Source of the DNA: Octopus vulgaris | Taxonomy: Eukaryota | Length of the DNA stretch: 64,000 nt | Direction: 5' to 3' | Assembly (NCBI GenBank): GCA_951406725.2 | Contig: OX597823.1 | Coordinates: 44,578,001 to 44,642,000, forward strand | In this document: piece by piece, positions 41,766-57,009 of the stretch | Position numbering within the stretch: position 1 is the first letter of the stretch | Layout of the letters: the number at the start of each line of letters is the position of its first letter | The notes under the pieces: model-generated | The model's input: the letters and a program-made list of their open reading frames with translations, nothing else | Told to the model about the DNA's origin: nothing | The model's database searches: none | Program-made: the position numbers and the translations under genes

Positions 41766-43007
41766 GCCCTCTCTAGAGCTATGAGACAAATGGTCGGGGT
41801 TGGCTGCAAAGTCAATCGTTGCCAATTCGTTCCTCGAAACATTTCCCATATCTTTTCTAGAACGGAGACCACGTGCCTCTCCCAGGCAATCAGAGAATGT
41901 ATGACAATTATGTTGTTACATTGCATTGCTACCATCCCGATCCAGCGCACGACTTTCCTAACTTTGAAACTCAGAACACTTATCTTTGTCTTGAAAACGA
42001 AACTTTTGAGTTTTGCATCGAAAGAAACTGCTTAGAGAAGTCATTACAATATCGATTCGGTTCAATTTTGATCGGGAAGGTTGGCCATCGTTGATTTTGA
42101 AATAGCCACTGTAATATAGCTCTTCGATATTCCTTCTGCAGCTAGCTCTAGATCTTTACATATGTACAAAAAAAAAAAAACACAATGAATAGCAAAGTAA
42201 CCGTAAATATGCTCAGACTACTGCACTTCTGTCTATGCACTCAACATGAAACGACCATTACATGGCGAAGTTTTAGTTCAGTCGCATGACAAATTGAAAA
42301 AATATAACAATGCAAGAAAATAATATCTGTGGGTTGCTCCAATGTGTTATGATTGGTTATCTATGTTTGTCGATTCGAACAAAGCCAACTGGGGAGACTC
42401 AGCAACAAAATTAAAGCTATGTATTCTAAAATAAAAGAGAATATAGACAAAAACCACGTGATTTTTTAATGATAAGGGAAAGATGTAAGTCGAACATAAA
42501 CGAAATCTTCTAAAGATTTGCAGAAAGAAACTAGAGGAGTTTTATCAATGACTAACAGAAGCGGTGACTAACATCGTAGCACGAAGCGGGCATAATAAAC
42601 GTGCAATTTCAGCACTCAAACACCAACCCATTATCCAGCTACACCAATAAAGATGAGTAAATTGGTAACTTTGAAGCATTGAAATGGTTAGCGGGACAAT
42701 TTCTTTGATCTTCTATCGACAGCTTCTAAGTGTATAAATGACTGAAGAAGAATTAGGGTTTCTTTTTTTCACCTTCTCTCTCACTCACTCACTCACTCAC
42801 TCACTCACTCACTCATTCTCTCTCTTTAACTTTCTCTTTGTATATATGTGCGTGTCCACATACATATACATACATACATACATACATACATACATACATA
42901 CATACATACATACATACATACATACATACACACATATATATATGTATGTATATATATATACATACATATATACATACATATATATATATATATACATACA
43001 TATACAA

Positions 43008-43038
<31 letters not shown>

Positions 43039-43414
43039 TGTATGTATATGTAGATAGTGATAGATCTTTCTCACATTTGTTTTCTTTCAACAAACAAAAT
43101 TAATATGTATTATTTTTCTTGAGTGTATGTGTGTGTTGTCCTACTCTCGCTTCCAGAATGATATATTATTTATGGGATGCCATATGTATACTTATATTCA
43201 TGCAGGTATGTATGTATGTGTTTTTTCACTGTTTAGTTGTAGAGAGAAGAAAAGCGCTCGTGCGCCTGTATTTGTTGAAGCCTTTCGAGACATGTGGCGA
43301 GATTTCAACAAACCAGAGATCTGGCTCCAAAGCTTGCGCCAGATTTAACTCCGATAAAGATATTCAAACACGAAGTAGTGTGTTAAGCTGGGCGACGAGT
43401 TAAATTCACTATCC

Positions 43415-43448
<34 letters not shown>

Positions 43449-43574
43449 TGTATGTATGTATGTATGTATGTATGTATGTATGTATGTATGTATGTATGTA
43501 TGTATGTATGAATGTATGTATGTATGTATGTATGTATGTATGTATGTATGTATGTATGTGCGTATGTATGAATG

Positions 43575-44628
43575 TCATTATTCAGTTTTATTTCAAGATT
43601 TCTTGCCAATAGAGAAAGAGCCGATTTATAAACCTAGATCCAAGCCTTCTTCATAGGAATTTCAACATCAACAGCAGGGTATTTTTGTTTTGTATGTATG
43701 TATATATACAGATTTGTATGTCTTGTTTTATGTATGTATTCTCATGCATGTAGTTGCATATCTAGACATGCTCATATATATTTAAATTATAAACTTCTGG
43801 AAAGTTTTACAGATATTTTACTGTTCCAGTGAAGGATTGGATCTGTAGTCTTCGAATTAACTTTCTCCATTCTGGTTTTGAGAAGCCTAGTTTCTCAAGA
43901 TCGGTATTTAGGCAGTGTGTTACATATCTCTGGGCCCCAATAATTACAGGTATAAACCTGAACTTGTAATCTGGATAGAATAACTGCAGATTTCTCAATA
44001 GTTCAGCATAGGTATTCCCTTTTTCACTGATCTTCAGCTTTATGATAACATCCACAAGGCCACTAATTTCCACAGCTGAACACAGATTCTCTTCTCTACC
44101 CCAAATCATTATATCAGGCCTGTTATGCTTACATTTTACTGAGGTTTTCACTGGGACATCCCACCAGCACCCATCCTGTGGATTCTTCTTTCTTTGTTCT
44201 CGGAGTTATCCTTCCGACGGATTTCATTATAGAGTGTCCTAGCTACAGCATCATGTCTCATCGGTAGATAATACCTGATGACATTTTCGTATAACTGCTT
44301 ATTATGTGGGTGATATCTTCGGTATCTCCACAAAGTCTGCATCGGTTGTCACATTATACTGCTTTTCCTGCATCTCTATCCCTTTTGTGCATCAGGTATT
44401 TGGTTAATATTTATTGTTCCTCGATTACAAAGTGGGTGCTCGTAATCTGGCTATTGGTCCATGATAGACTGCTTTGATGATCAATATTACTATCGCCTCG
44501 GAGCTTTCTACTAACCTATACGTGCAAAGTCTTCTGCTCATATAGGCTCATCCTTTCATCTGACGACACATTGTGGTAGAGTCGTGCGACTTCTTTGGGC
44601 ATGTATTTAAAAGTTATCAGACAAGTAT
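43575..44628 (-). mobile_element. 5'-truncated R4-like LINE embedded in (CATA)n
   Basis: CRLCG..EDITHIISS, YYLPMRHDAVAR and KHNRPDIMIW...VEIS...KISEK...FIPVIIGA. The 3' UTR has AATAAA followed by (CATA)n; both flanks are (CATA)n. Confidence 0.82.
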
Positions 44629-44636
44629 TATGTATG

Positions 44637-44670
<34 letters not shown>

Positions 44671-44814
44671 TGTATGTATGTATGTATGTATGTATGTATG
44701 TATGTATGTATGTATGTATGTATGTATGTATGTATGTATGTATGCATGCATGCATATATGCATGTATACACGTATGTATGTTCTATTTTTTAATTTTGAA
44801 GTAAATTTTGAAGT

Positions 44815-45690
44815 AAATGGTCGACTAACATTCCTGTGCCAACTATCAAGCTGGTTGTACATGAGAGCTTTAGATATCATTTCGTTAATCATTCTGACGA
44901 TATGGCCAGCCCAGCTAATCTTACACTTGATAAACAGGTCAGCATTAGAAACTATTGTCTTTTAGAGAATAACTGCAGATTGTCCTGAGAGAGCCTTTAT
45001 AGAAGATGTCTAGTTGGTTAGTGTGCCGTCTATAGGGTGTTCATGACTCTGAACGAAGCAAGAGAGTAGTAAGAATGGCAGCTTTATGAACCTGTACTTT
45101 GGTGTCATGTTTAATGCCCTTTTCACGATGACAGGGTTTGCCAAATGCGTTGTTTGCTTTTCCAAGACGGTTGACGATTTCATCATCAAGAGAAGCGCTC
45201 GAGTTCATTTTACTACCAAGATATGTAAATGACTTCTCATACTTTAGGTTTTTTTCCATCAACCTGTATAGGAGTGTCAGCGAAATTGTGGACCGGTGGC
45301 TTCTGCTTGACACCTCAAATTTGCTTAGGAGTAGGGCAAGGTTGGTGGATCACTTACGTCTTCTTTATGCTGATGATCAAGCCAAAGGCTTTACAAGCAG
45401 CAGAAAACCGGGCTAGAATTTTCTGAGCTTCTTCTAAGGAGGTCGCTACTAGTGCACCAGCATCTGCAAAAAACAGATCACGAATAATATTGGAACGTAG
45501 CAGTGCTTTGGCTTTGAAACGCTGATGACTTGTATAGTCCATCACTTGTTCGAAACTGGAATTTCACACCACTTTGTATGTCAAAGGGTGGAGGAATTCA
45601 TGAGTAGTCAAAGACCATCCGACAATATGTGCAGATGTATATACTGTTTATATATATTTAAGAGAATTACAGTGAATACGAAGATTAGTA
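44815..45690 (-). mobile_element. RTE-clade LINE reverse transcriptase remnant
   Basis: LFFADAGALVA...FGLIISIKKT, FTYLGS...LDDEIVNRLGKANNAFGK, TKVQVHKAAILTTLL and WAGHIVRM. Confidence 0.85.
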
Positions 45691-45778
45691 CATCAGCGTA
45701 TTTTCTATTTCTATAGTCAATTATACCGCGAAATTGGTTTAAATTTGTTCGCTGTACGTTTCTGCTGCTTAGGAAGCT

Positions 45779-46158
45779 AGCAATTACACAAGCATCCAGC
45801 TATTTTCGACTGGTTAGCAGTCCATGCAGCATCGAAAAATCACATTCATAATGTACCTAAAGCTAAGGTTGGAAAAGAAAATGTTCTTTGACCTACTTAA
45901 AGGTCTAGTACTCTTGTTTCGAACTTAAACCTAAGGCTGGGATGAGGTCAACTATATAGTAGATTTTGTAGCCATATCAAATTTCCAAATCTCCTGCAAA
46001 CATTCTTTTCTCTCAAAATCTATAATATTCTAGCAAAATAATTGTTAGCCAAGTCCATATACACTTAGTTCGCTTCTGGTCATATCTGTCGTTAGATATT
46101 AAAGAAAGTTGCTTAGATTGCTAACCAGTCGAAAAGAGCTGGACGCAAATGCAATTGC
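45779..46158. mobile_element. MITE-like element with ~45-bp imperfect terminal inverted repeats
   Basis: AGCAATTACACAAGCATCCAGCTATTTTCGACTGGTTAGCA versus the reverse complement of 46117-46158. Confidence 0.55.
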
Positions 46159-46440
46159 TCATGAATATATATTCAATAAAACATTTGTAATCCAGCGAAT
46201 CGAACCCAGGATTTACCCATCGGATGAATTACAGTGTGATTATTCACCTTAAGTAATCCAAAGTGCTCTTTACAACTCGATTTGCTTAGCCATAATCCGG
46301 ATTATATCTGAGTGTTCGTGCGGTACTCGCCTGGATAATTTATCCCTGTCTACTCCTCAATTACATACATAATTAAAACAAACACAAACACACACACACC
46401 CACACACACGTGAGGACAGAAAGATGACAAGCGATTACCT

Positions 46441-46475
<35 letters not shown>

Positions 46476-46794
46476 GCATGCATTCATACATACACATATA
46501 TATACATACTTACACACACACACACATTAGCCCCATAGAGGTTCTCCTCCTTAAATGAAAACTTCACCCTACTATTTCTTAGCAAACTTTCTTTCTCTCC
46601 GTCTCTTACTCCGAAAGAAACCGTAGGTGGTAGCGCCAATAGTTACGAGTCAAATTCCCGCCCCCACTATATATATATATACATATATATCATCAGGTGG
46701 TGCTATTAAGTTAGACATGGCCTGGACCAATCTTTGGTCGAAACATATTTAAGTTTATCTAAGTTTATATATATATGTATATATACATATATAA

Positions 46795-47483
<689 letters not shown>

Positions 47484-48332
47484 GTTATTTAATAACAGTT
47501 TTATACAGCTCTATGCAACTTAAAGTTTAGTAGGCTCGTAAAATGAAACTAGCTCTTCTGGCATAGGTAACCGAATGGAATAAGTTCAAGATGACTATGG
47601 AAGATTGGACTGCTATTGGTCAAGACAAGACATATGGTACTGTTAGTATTCATCCTGTAGCGACATCCGATACATACACAAAATTCCTTTACTAAGACTG
47701 CATAGTTTGGTAGGATGTTGGTGGTGTCTCACTGTTGAGGGGGCGAAGAGAGAATTTATTAGCGACGCCAGTTGCCGAAGTGTGTGTGTGTGTGTGTGTG
47801 TGGAGGGGGTATACGAGCTGTATGAGAGCATGAGTGTGCGTGTGAATTTACTGCGTGCGTGTGATTGCTGTGTGTGTGTACGTGTGTGCATGTATGTGTT
47901 ATGCTTCAGCTCGTTGTTGGGTATGTAGCTGTGTGTTTGGTTGTGTGTATCTGGTGTGTGTGTACGTTTGCTGACTTTATAAACAAGAACCAAACACTCT
48001 TGTTAGATTCATTAAATCGGGTAGTTTAGACTGAGGAGACACAATAAGGTCGAAACGTCGGGTCCCAAAGTTATCTTACCCTAATGAATCGTGTGTATTA
48101 TATAGACACACACTCGTCTCAAACGGCGATTAGCAAATTCCTGATCGAATCTGCCGAAACGTATTAAGAATGAGAATGTATGTCATCGTAATAAGTTGTG
48201 AAGTCTAACTAAACACATGCAAGGTTTTTTTTCGGTAAACGTTTCACTATTTTTTTTATTTATATGTGTGTGTGCATGTGTGTCTAAATGATCATACATA
48301 CACACACTCACACACACACATATATACATAGA

Positions 48333-48405
<73 letters not shown>

Positions 48406-48524
48406 CATATATACATACATATATATATATACATACATATATGTATTTATATATATATAAATATATATATGTATTTATATATATATATATATATATAATT
48501 TATATATACGTATATATATATATG

Positions 48525-48621
<97 letters not shown>

Positions 48622-48844
48622 CATACATGCATAACAGTTTGTGTGAAATATGTGTAAGTATAGCTATATATAGATGTCTATTTATTCTGCTTCTCTCTGT
48701 GTTTTTTTTACTCTCTGTTTTCCATTCATCAAGCGAAGTCAATCGAAGATGCTGGCTGCAATCTACGTTGTACCCTACTTCTCCAAGTGTCTGGCCCCAC
48801 TTCAAAGTCTCATATTGATTCACTTGGCATTGGTTTCTCAACGA

Positions 48845-49175
48845 GCTGTTGTTGTTGTTGTTGTTGGCAGTAGTGTTGGTAATGGCGTTGTTGTTGTTAT
48901 TGTTGTTATTGTTGTTGTTGTTGTTGATGTTGTTGTTGGCGATGGTGGTTCGTATGGCGGTCGTAGGTGTCAGGGAAGGTCCTAAAGGTAATTATAAATA
49001 TTGATAGCGTTGTGTTTTTGTTTTTTTATTTTTGTTCTTGTTTTTGTTTCTCAGTCTTCTCTCATTATCATCATCGTTATCATCATGGACATCATCATTA
49101 TCATCATCATCACCACCGTCATCATCTTCATCGTCACCATCATGGTCATCATCATCATCATGGACATCATCGTCG

Positions 49176-49209
<34 letters not shown>

Positions 49210-49516
49210 CATCGTTGACGTTGTCATCGGTTTCCTCCTCTTCACCTTCCATCTCCTCCATCTCCACCTCCTCGTCCACCAGCTCCACTTCCTCTCCTTC
49301 CTCCTCCTCCTCCTCCCGCCCCCACTCCCCACTCCCCTCCTCCTTCCCCACCTCTTTTCCTCCACCTCTTTTTCCTCCACCTCTTCCTCCACCACCTCTT
49401 CATCCACCACCTCTTCTTCCACCTCCTCCTCCTTGTCGTCGTCATCATCATCATCATCATCGTCGTCGTCGCCGTTGCCATCATCATCATCATCATCGTC
49501 GTCGCCGTCGTCGTCG

Positions 49517-49603
<87 letters not shown>

Positions 49604-49690
49604 CCCCCACCATCATCGACTACAGCAATAGCAGCAGCATCGTTATTGTTAGATCTTGTTAGGAATGGCGGCGGCGGTGGTGGTTGCGGT
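48845..49690. repeat. Compound trinucleotide low-complexity tract (GTT, CAT, CCT, CGT)
   Basis: Visible repeats; accounts for the poly-S/H/I/M ORFs. Confidence 0.9.
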
Positions 49691-49886
49691 GTTGTAAGTG
49701 ATGAGGATTGTGTTGATGGAAACGGTTTTTATGGAGTTATAGATTTAAATGAAATTTAAGAACTGACAGCCTTGAGATATTTTGGGTGTGCGTGAAAGTG
49801 TTATGTGTGCGTGTGTCTGTGTGTGTTTGTGTGTGTTTGTGTGTGATGTGTGATGTGTATATATCTGTGCGTATGATGTATGTGGC

Positions 49887-49951
<65 letters not shown>

Positions 49952-50053
49952 CGGAGTATGTGAATGGTTGCATAGTGCAACAATGCCGTACATAGTAGTG
50001 TGGTGTAGTGCAGTATAATCTAGCAAAGCTAAATTTTTATATATATGTAGCAT

Positions 50054-50433
50054 AGGCACAGGTGTGGCTGTGTGTGGTAAGAAGCTCGCTTCTCAATCAC
50101 ATACTTCCGGGTTCAACCCCCCTGCGTGGAACCTTGAAGAAGTGTCTTCTACTATAACCTCGCGTCGACCAAAGCCTTGTAAGTGAATTTGGTAAACAGA
50201 AACTGAAAGAAGACCGTCATATACGAGGGGGTTTTAAAAAGTTCCTGGCTTTGGGAAAAGGAAAATACAAGAGGAACTGTTAATTATGATTACAGGCAAT
50301 ACATTTCCCTCTCAGACTCACACATTGCGGCGATCCTTCAGTTTTTCTAAGCCTTGTGAAAGAATTAAGAAAGTTGGGTCTCCAGCCAAGCCTTTCGCGA
50401 CACCCTTAATGTCAGGGACTTTTCAGCACCCCT

Positions 50434-50508
<75 letters not shown>

Positions 50509-50712
50509 TCTTTGAGTCTGCGTTTGACCTCCCCGCCACCGCTTGACAACCGGTGTTGGTGTGTTTACGTCCCCGTAACTAAACGGGAAAAAAAGAGTCC
50601 GATAGAATAAGTACCAGGCTTAAAAAAATACGAAGTACTGAGGTCAATTCATTCGACTAAAATTCCTTAGGGCAGTGCCCCAGCATGGCTGCAGTTCAAT
50701 GACGGAAACAAG
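50054..50712 (+). mobile_element. SINE family A, interrupted by a MITE
   Basis: Head at 50054-50220 and tail at 50525-50712. Confidence 0.75.
50224..50436. mobile_element. Mariner-like MITE
   Basis: TA-CGAGGGGGTTTTAAAAAGTTCCTGGC ... GTCAGGGACTTTTCAGCACCCCTTCG-TG form imperfect TIRs. Confidence 0.65.
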
Positions 50713-51170
50713 AACTAGTTTATAAAAATATGTTACTCAATCCTCATGTATTTATTGCATTCCCCCTAATCTCCCGACCAAGATGAAATATCTTGTTCGA
50801 TGAGACGGATTTTGATCAGGACGAGGAATTTGAAAGAATTTTGGTTTTGTACAAATACCATAATTTCTTTCGAATTATAATTTCATTTGATCTTGTGCTC
50901 ACGTGTTTATATACCGTAAAACAGCATAAAAACGTTTTTTTCTTTTTTCAGAGATGAAGATTGAAATTAAGGGTTGAAATAATATATGGCATTAAGATAC
51001 AAAGGTTTTTTTCCCTCTCACCCAATTTATTCGAGAAAAAGATCAATAATGCAATAAAGCATGATTTTTAGATTATTTTATCATTATATATTTATATTAT
51101 TTATATTTATCATTTATATTTACTATTATATATTTATATTAAAAATATTATAATTTATGATGCATTTATG

Positions 51171-51248
<78 letters not shown>

Positions 51249-51251
51249 GTT

Positions 51252-51317
<66 letters not shown>

Positions 51318-51526
51318 AAAACCTATTATATTGGATAAGAGTAGAGTGTATACTCTTGTAACAACAGTGTATGCATTAGCGTTTGTTTTAAGTCTATAGG
51401 TCTTGAGACTATATAAGCCCCCAAACCGAGCGGACTTTTATATATAATATCACACATGAAATGTGTATATATATTCTTCAAATTGAAGGCCCAGCGTAAC
51501 CTCAGTCTCATGACCATTAAGTAAAG

Positions 51527-51563
<37 letters not shown>

Positions 51564-51611
51564 ATATATATATATATATATATATACAGACATAAATACA
51601 CACACACACAA

Positions 51612-51661
<50 letters not shown>

Positions 51662-52074
51662 GTTGTGTCTGGGGAGAGTCATCCTCTTTTACTGCCTTAT
51701 AATTTAACACACTCACCGGTAAAATTTCCACATATTCCCTTCTATATATATATATGCGATAATTGCCACTTCTTTGCAGAAGAAGGCCATCTCTTCAATT
51801 AATAAATACTGTCATGAGATCTTATATGATTAGCAAGTCCTGCACTTGACAAACAAACTCTACTGCAGACCTTACAAGTATGTTTTAAGCAGAAAAGTGT
51901 CTGGGATTGTAGTTAAGTCCTGTCTACGAAGTGCTCGTTTCAAGACAGATTGTTCAATTCTTCAAGCTTCAAATGTTTTACATCTATTGCAGATCATTTG
52001 TTTCCAAACCGATCAATCTTGCGCCATCTGCTCCTAGTCTTCAACCTTCACATTAAGAGCCTTAAGGTTGCTCT

Positions 52075-52128
<54 letters not shown>

Positions 52129-52556
52129 CATATATATATAAATGTGTATATGGGCGGTTAATTCGCAATTTTACAACCTAAAGGCAGAAATATATATGCC
52201 ACTAAAGTGAACAAAGGGCAATGTATCTGTATGTATGTATGTATGTATGTATGTATGTATGTATGTCCTTTATCTTTTACTTGTTTCTCTCATTATATTG
52301 AGGCCACGTTGGGAGCAGCACATTCAAGAATTTTTCGTCAAATGAATCGACACCAATATTTTTTCTTTATAAAGACTGGTACTTATTCTGTCCGCCTGTT
52401 TTACCGAAACGCTAAGTTACGGGGATGGAAAAACACCAACACCGGTTGTGAAGCGGTGGTGTGGGAAAAGCACAGACACAAAGACACACACGCATACGCA
52501 CACACACGCACACAAATATATGACAGAAACAAAAGGTAAAAAATAAAATACCCCCC

Positions 52557-52642
<86 letters not shown>

Positions 52643-52762
52643 AATTTTGGGGATGTAATTCCCTTGTAAGGGGTTGTTAATAAAAATCCAGTTGCCAACT
52701 GGCTTTATCAAATATATTGAAAGAAAGTTCTTCAATGTATGAGTATAGACAGTCTAATAAAT

Positions 52763-53292
52763 TATAAAGTAAATGAAAGAAAATGGAGAAGAAAACTATG
52801 ATACTTAGTTCCTTTTATTTGTATCATGATGGAAAAGTAATACGAAATAAAAGTGATGCATATAAGAATAGGGATAAAAGAAACCGGATCAACAAATCAA
52901 CCAAAATATATCCGAAAAAATCTTACACATGCTTCAATCCGACAATATGTTTGAATCATCAACATTCAAACTATTATAGAAGTAAAAAAAAACATATATT
53001 GTTGGGTATCTTCAAGGAAAAGTAAGTGCATTTTCCCTGAAGATACCCAACAATATATGTTGTTTTTTTCATCTATAATCGTTTGAATGTTGATGATTCA
53101 AACATACTATCGGATTGAAACATGTGTAGGATTTTTTCGGTTATTTTGGGGTTGTTTTGTTGATCCGGTTTCTTTTATCCCTATTTTCATATGTATCACT
53201 TTTACTTTGCATTACTTTTCCATCGTGATACAAATAAAAGGAACCAAGTATCTATTATATTTTTCCTTCGCCATTTTCTTTTATTAACTTTA
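52763..53292. repeat. Long imperfect palindrome (~260-bp arms, centre ~53026)
   Basis: The left arm is the reverse complement of the right arm, with only ~9 nt of spacer. Confidence 0.9.
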
Positions 53293-54766
53293 TATATATA
53301 CATTCGTTAGCTTACTTTCTTTTTAAACTCTTCGAAGTCGGTAAAAAAAAAAAAGTACAGGTAATACAATGATTTATAACGTTGGCACAAAGCCAGAGAT
53401 TTTGTCAGAAAGAACAATAAATTAAGCCCAGCTGTAGACTGATACTTCATTTTATCTACTCTGAAAGAGTGAAAGACAAATTCAACCTCGGCAGGATTTG
53501 AATTCAGAAGGTTAATAGTTATAACTATTCCGATGCTCAAAGTACAGATAATATAGCCTCTCTACTATAGGCACAATCCTTGAAATATTGCAGGAGGGGA
53601 CTAGTCGATTTCATTGATCTCAGTATTCAATTTATTGACCCCGAAAGGCAAAGCCGTCCTCGGCAGCATGTGTACTCAGAACGAAAAAAGAAGCGAAATG
53701 TTGCTAAGCATTGTGCTCAGAGTTCAAGCCGGGTCAATCCTGTCTGCATGTATCTAAGACTACATTGTTCAATGTGCTCTTTCTTTGCTTTTGTTTCTCT
53801 TTGTAGTTTTTAAGATTATTTGTTGTGATTTGAGAGAGTTTTGGCTGTTATTTCTAGTAGATAGAATGACCGCGAAAGGGCACTTTCAATGAGCCTTTTG
53901 TTCGTTTGTTTACATGTGAATATATGTGTGTGTATAAACTCCTGGGGAATTATGTAAGAGTCCAATTAAAAGAAATATTCTTTAAGAATTCCTTAATTCT
54001 CATGAAATTAAATTAAAACCCTGAAGGTAACGAGGAAGACTTATCGCCTTCACCACACCACACCACCACCACCACCATCACCACTACCATCACCACTACC
54101 ACCACCACCACCACCACCACCACCACCACCACCACCACTACCACCACCAAAAACCACCACCACCACCACCAAAAACCACCACCACCACCACCAGTAACAA
54201 CAACAGCAATACGACATTCTCTTACACCTCGCCACTTTATCTTTACTTGTTTCAAAGTTTCTTTTCAACTTGTTTAAAATGTTTTTCTCCTTTATCTCAT
54301 ATTTCATATTTCTAAGCAAAAACAACAACAATAACAACAACAAACAAATAAACAAACAAACAAAAAAAACAAACAAATAATGCACTTCTGTAAAATAATT
54401 AAGTAAATCAAATAAAATCAAATAATATATTAGGGGAAAATTCTTAAATGTTTAACAAATAAATATAACTAAGTAGGTTAAGGCTTGAAAAATCGCAAAC
54501 AACATTTGTAAAATTCTTAGTAAATTCTTCTCTTCCTAATCGAAACATGCTGTACTTTATTTAATATTCTTTATCTTTTCTTCTTTCTACATTTCCTTTT
54601 CTTCCACAGTTCCAAGTTCTGGCGTGGATGGCGGAAACGAGTTCTTTGATAACATCCATAAACATATTTCTGTGTCGCAAAAGCTCACTGATTGCAGAAA
54701 GCTGTTTTTTTTTATTGATATGTGTATTGGACAACTCATTATTACACACAGACACACAGACACACT

Positions 54767-54834
<68 letters not shown>

Positions 54835-55311
54835 TATACTTACTACTAACACTATAGAAATATCTTCTATAAATCGATATTTTTTCTTATAAATAATGAC
54901 TGCCAATGTTCACCGTGCTCTAAGAGGGGTTTTCTTTTATATATATAAAAGGCAATCAAAAGAGAGGTGCTCATGGCCTTTGCAGGCACCCAGCTGTGTA
55001 GATTAATGTGATTGAGGTTCACATTGAATATCTGTGAGATGATGTTTTCAGGATATACTTCGAGGAGATATTCCAGATTACTGCTCATCTGGAGCGCATT
55101 TAATACAGGAACTGAAAATAAGACGGGTGGAGGAGAAACGATTTTTCTATCAGGTAGACCAACAGGGAAAAGTTGATCATGCAATCCAGTGAAGATACAA
55201 ATAAATGCAGTGAAGACAGAAGACGTAGAGAAAAGAGGGAGAGAGCAAAAGATATATAGATAGGTAGAGAGTAGGTAAATATATACATTCCTCTCTCTCT
55301 CTCTCCCTCTC

Positions 55312-55344
<33 letters not shown>

Positions 55345-56913
55345 TTATATATATATATATATATATATTGTATATTTGCCAAATAGTTATTGAAATATGT
55401 ATGTTTTAGGAATGTAAGTAAAATCACTGTAAGAACCGATAACAACAAAAAAAAAATTGACGATAACTTAGAGTATTAAGTTCATATTCTATTTTGGCAT
55501 TGAAAAAGCGTATTCCTTCCTCGAAATAATACATAAAACTCGTCCCCCGTTGACCAATAGGTTTACAGATCAAACACTGCAACCATTTCTTTAAGTTAGC
55601 GCATCGTAAGTGTACGGTTTGATCAAATAGCGAAAAGGTCACTTTCAACGATTTTATTTGTAATTATATGCCAATTAGTTGCTGGTTCAAACGCATTTAC
55701 AATTCTTTTCAAACAGAAAGCGAAAAAAAAAAAAAAAAAATGAAAAGAAAGAAAAAAAAAATCAACATATATTTTAATTCCTCTTTCACCTATTTTCTTT
55801 CAAAATATAACACAAATTTATTAGATCTGGTGCAAGTCATTCATTTTACAAGGAACATCTCTTCAACACTGATCGATATGCTTGCTTTCTAAAGTAGCAA
55901 GATTAAACAGGAATCGTAGAGGGTGATCGAAGACGCTATAAAAATCAAAGAGAATTTATCAGGCAAGTAATTAATTTCCAACCAAGATAATACAAAATAA
56001 CGTAGCTGTAAGTGAAAGCAAATGCTTTCCTAAGGTTTCTCTTGAACCGATTATATATATGCGGGTGTGTGTACACAGATAGGTGTGTATGTATGCATAC
56101 GTATACTAATATATCTGTTGTTAACTATTTTTTGATCAGCAGTTGGCTCCAAACTCTCAGTCCTATGATAAATGTTTATACTCAACATTTTGTATTGAAT
56201 ACGTATTCCTCCCGAAATGGGCATATGTTTGAGCGTGTACACATACGCGTGCACGCACACACACTCAAACGCTCACACATATACAGAATTTCTTCATCAC
56301 TTTATATATAGCAGTGACTTATTAGGAAATAACGTAAATAATCTTCCTGGTTTGAATACAATACTTTAGTCAGCCACGTAATTAATTAGTTTATAAAATC
56401 TGGCCGACTAAGTTATTACATATATCAATCAGGAATGCTATTAATATTATAACATCCTGGTGAACTACTGTGATATATGGTGATTTGAATTAATAGCTTT
56501 CTGGGTTACCAAAGACAAAGAATAAAAGGACACCTATCTCCGTAATAGATCTGTAAAAGGATTCCAAGTATCATTCTGTTTCCTTCATAGTAAACAGAAA
56601 ATAATTCACACCGTCTGCTATCCCTGCAGCTAAGGCTTTCAAATAAATGACTGATTTATCTAACATATATTTCTCTGAGTAATCACCAATTAAAGATATG
56701 ATTTTCTCAATTCTTGTTGATGTTATATATTCCGGATTATTTGAAATTGTTCCAAGTGATGTTTGGAATTATTTATCATACACGAAGAATTAACTTCGAT
56801 GTTAATTCTATTTGAATTTATTAGTATCTGATTGTTTGTTAACCAAATTCATCTAAATCCGAGTGTTTTAGTGATATCTACCCGAATTTTATTTAATTCC
56901 TTGCACTTCTTTG

Positions 56914-56992
<79 letters not shown>

Positions 56993-57009
56993 TATATATA
57001 TATTTACAA

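Noticed and set aside
48026-48066. Hammerhead with canonical CTGAGGA...GAAACGTC core
   Set aside because: Proximal stem I does not pair, so it is not called functional; counted only as a degenerate motif.
48967-49759. Long poly-Ser/His/Ile/Glu ORFs (up to 252 aa)
   Set aside because: Open in several frames on both strands because they translate trinucleotide repeats; no domain content.
54867-55184. Possible host exon (105-aa ORF)
   Set aside because: No recognisable domain and no convincing splice context.
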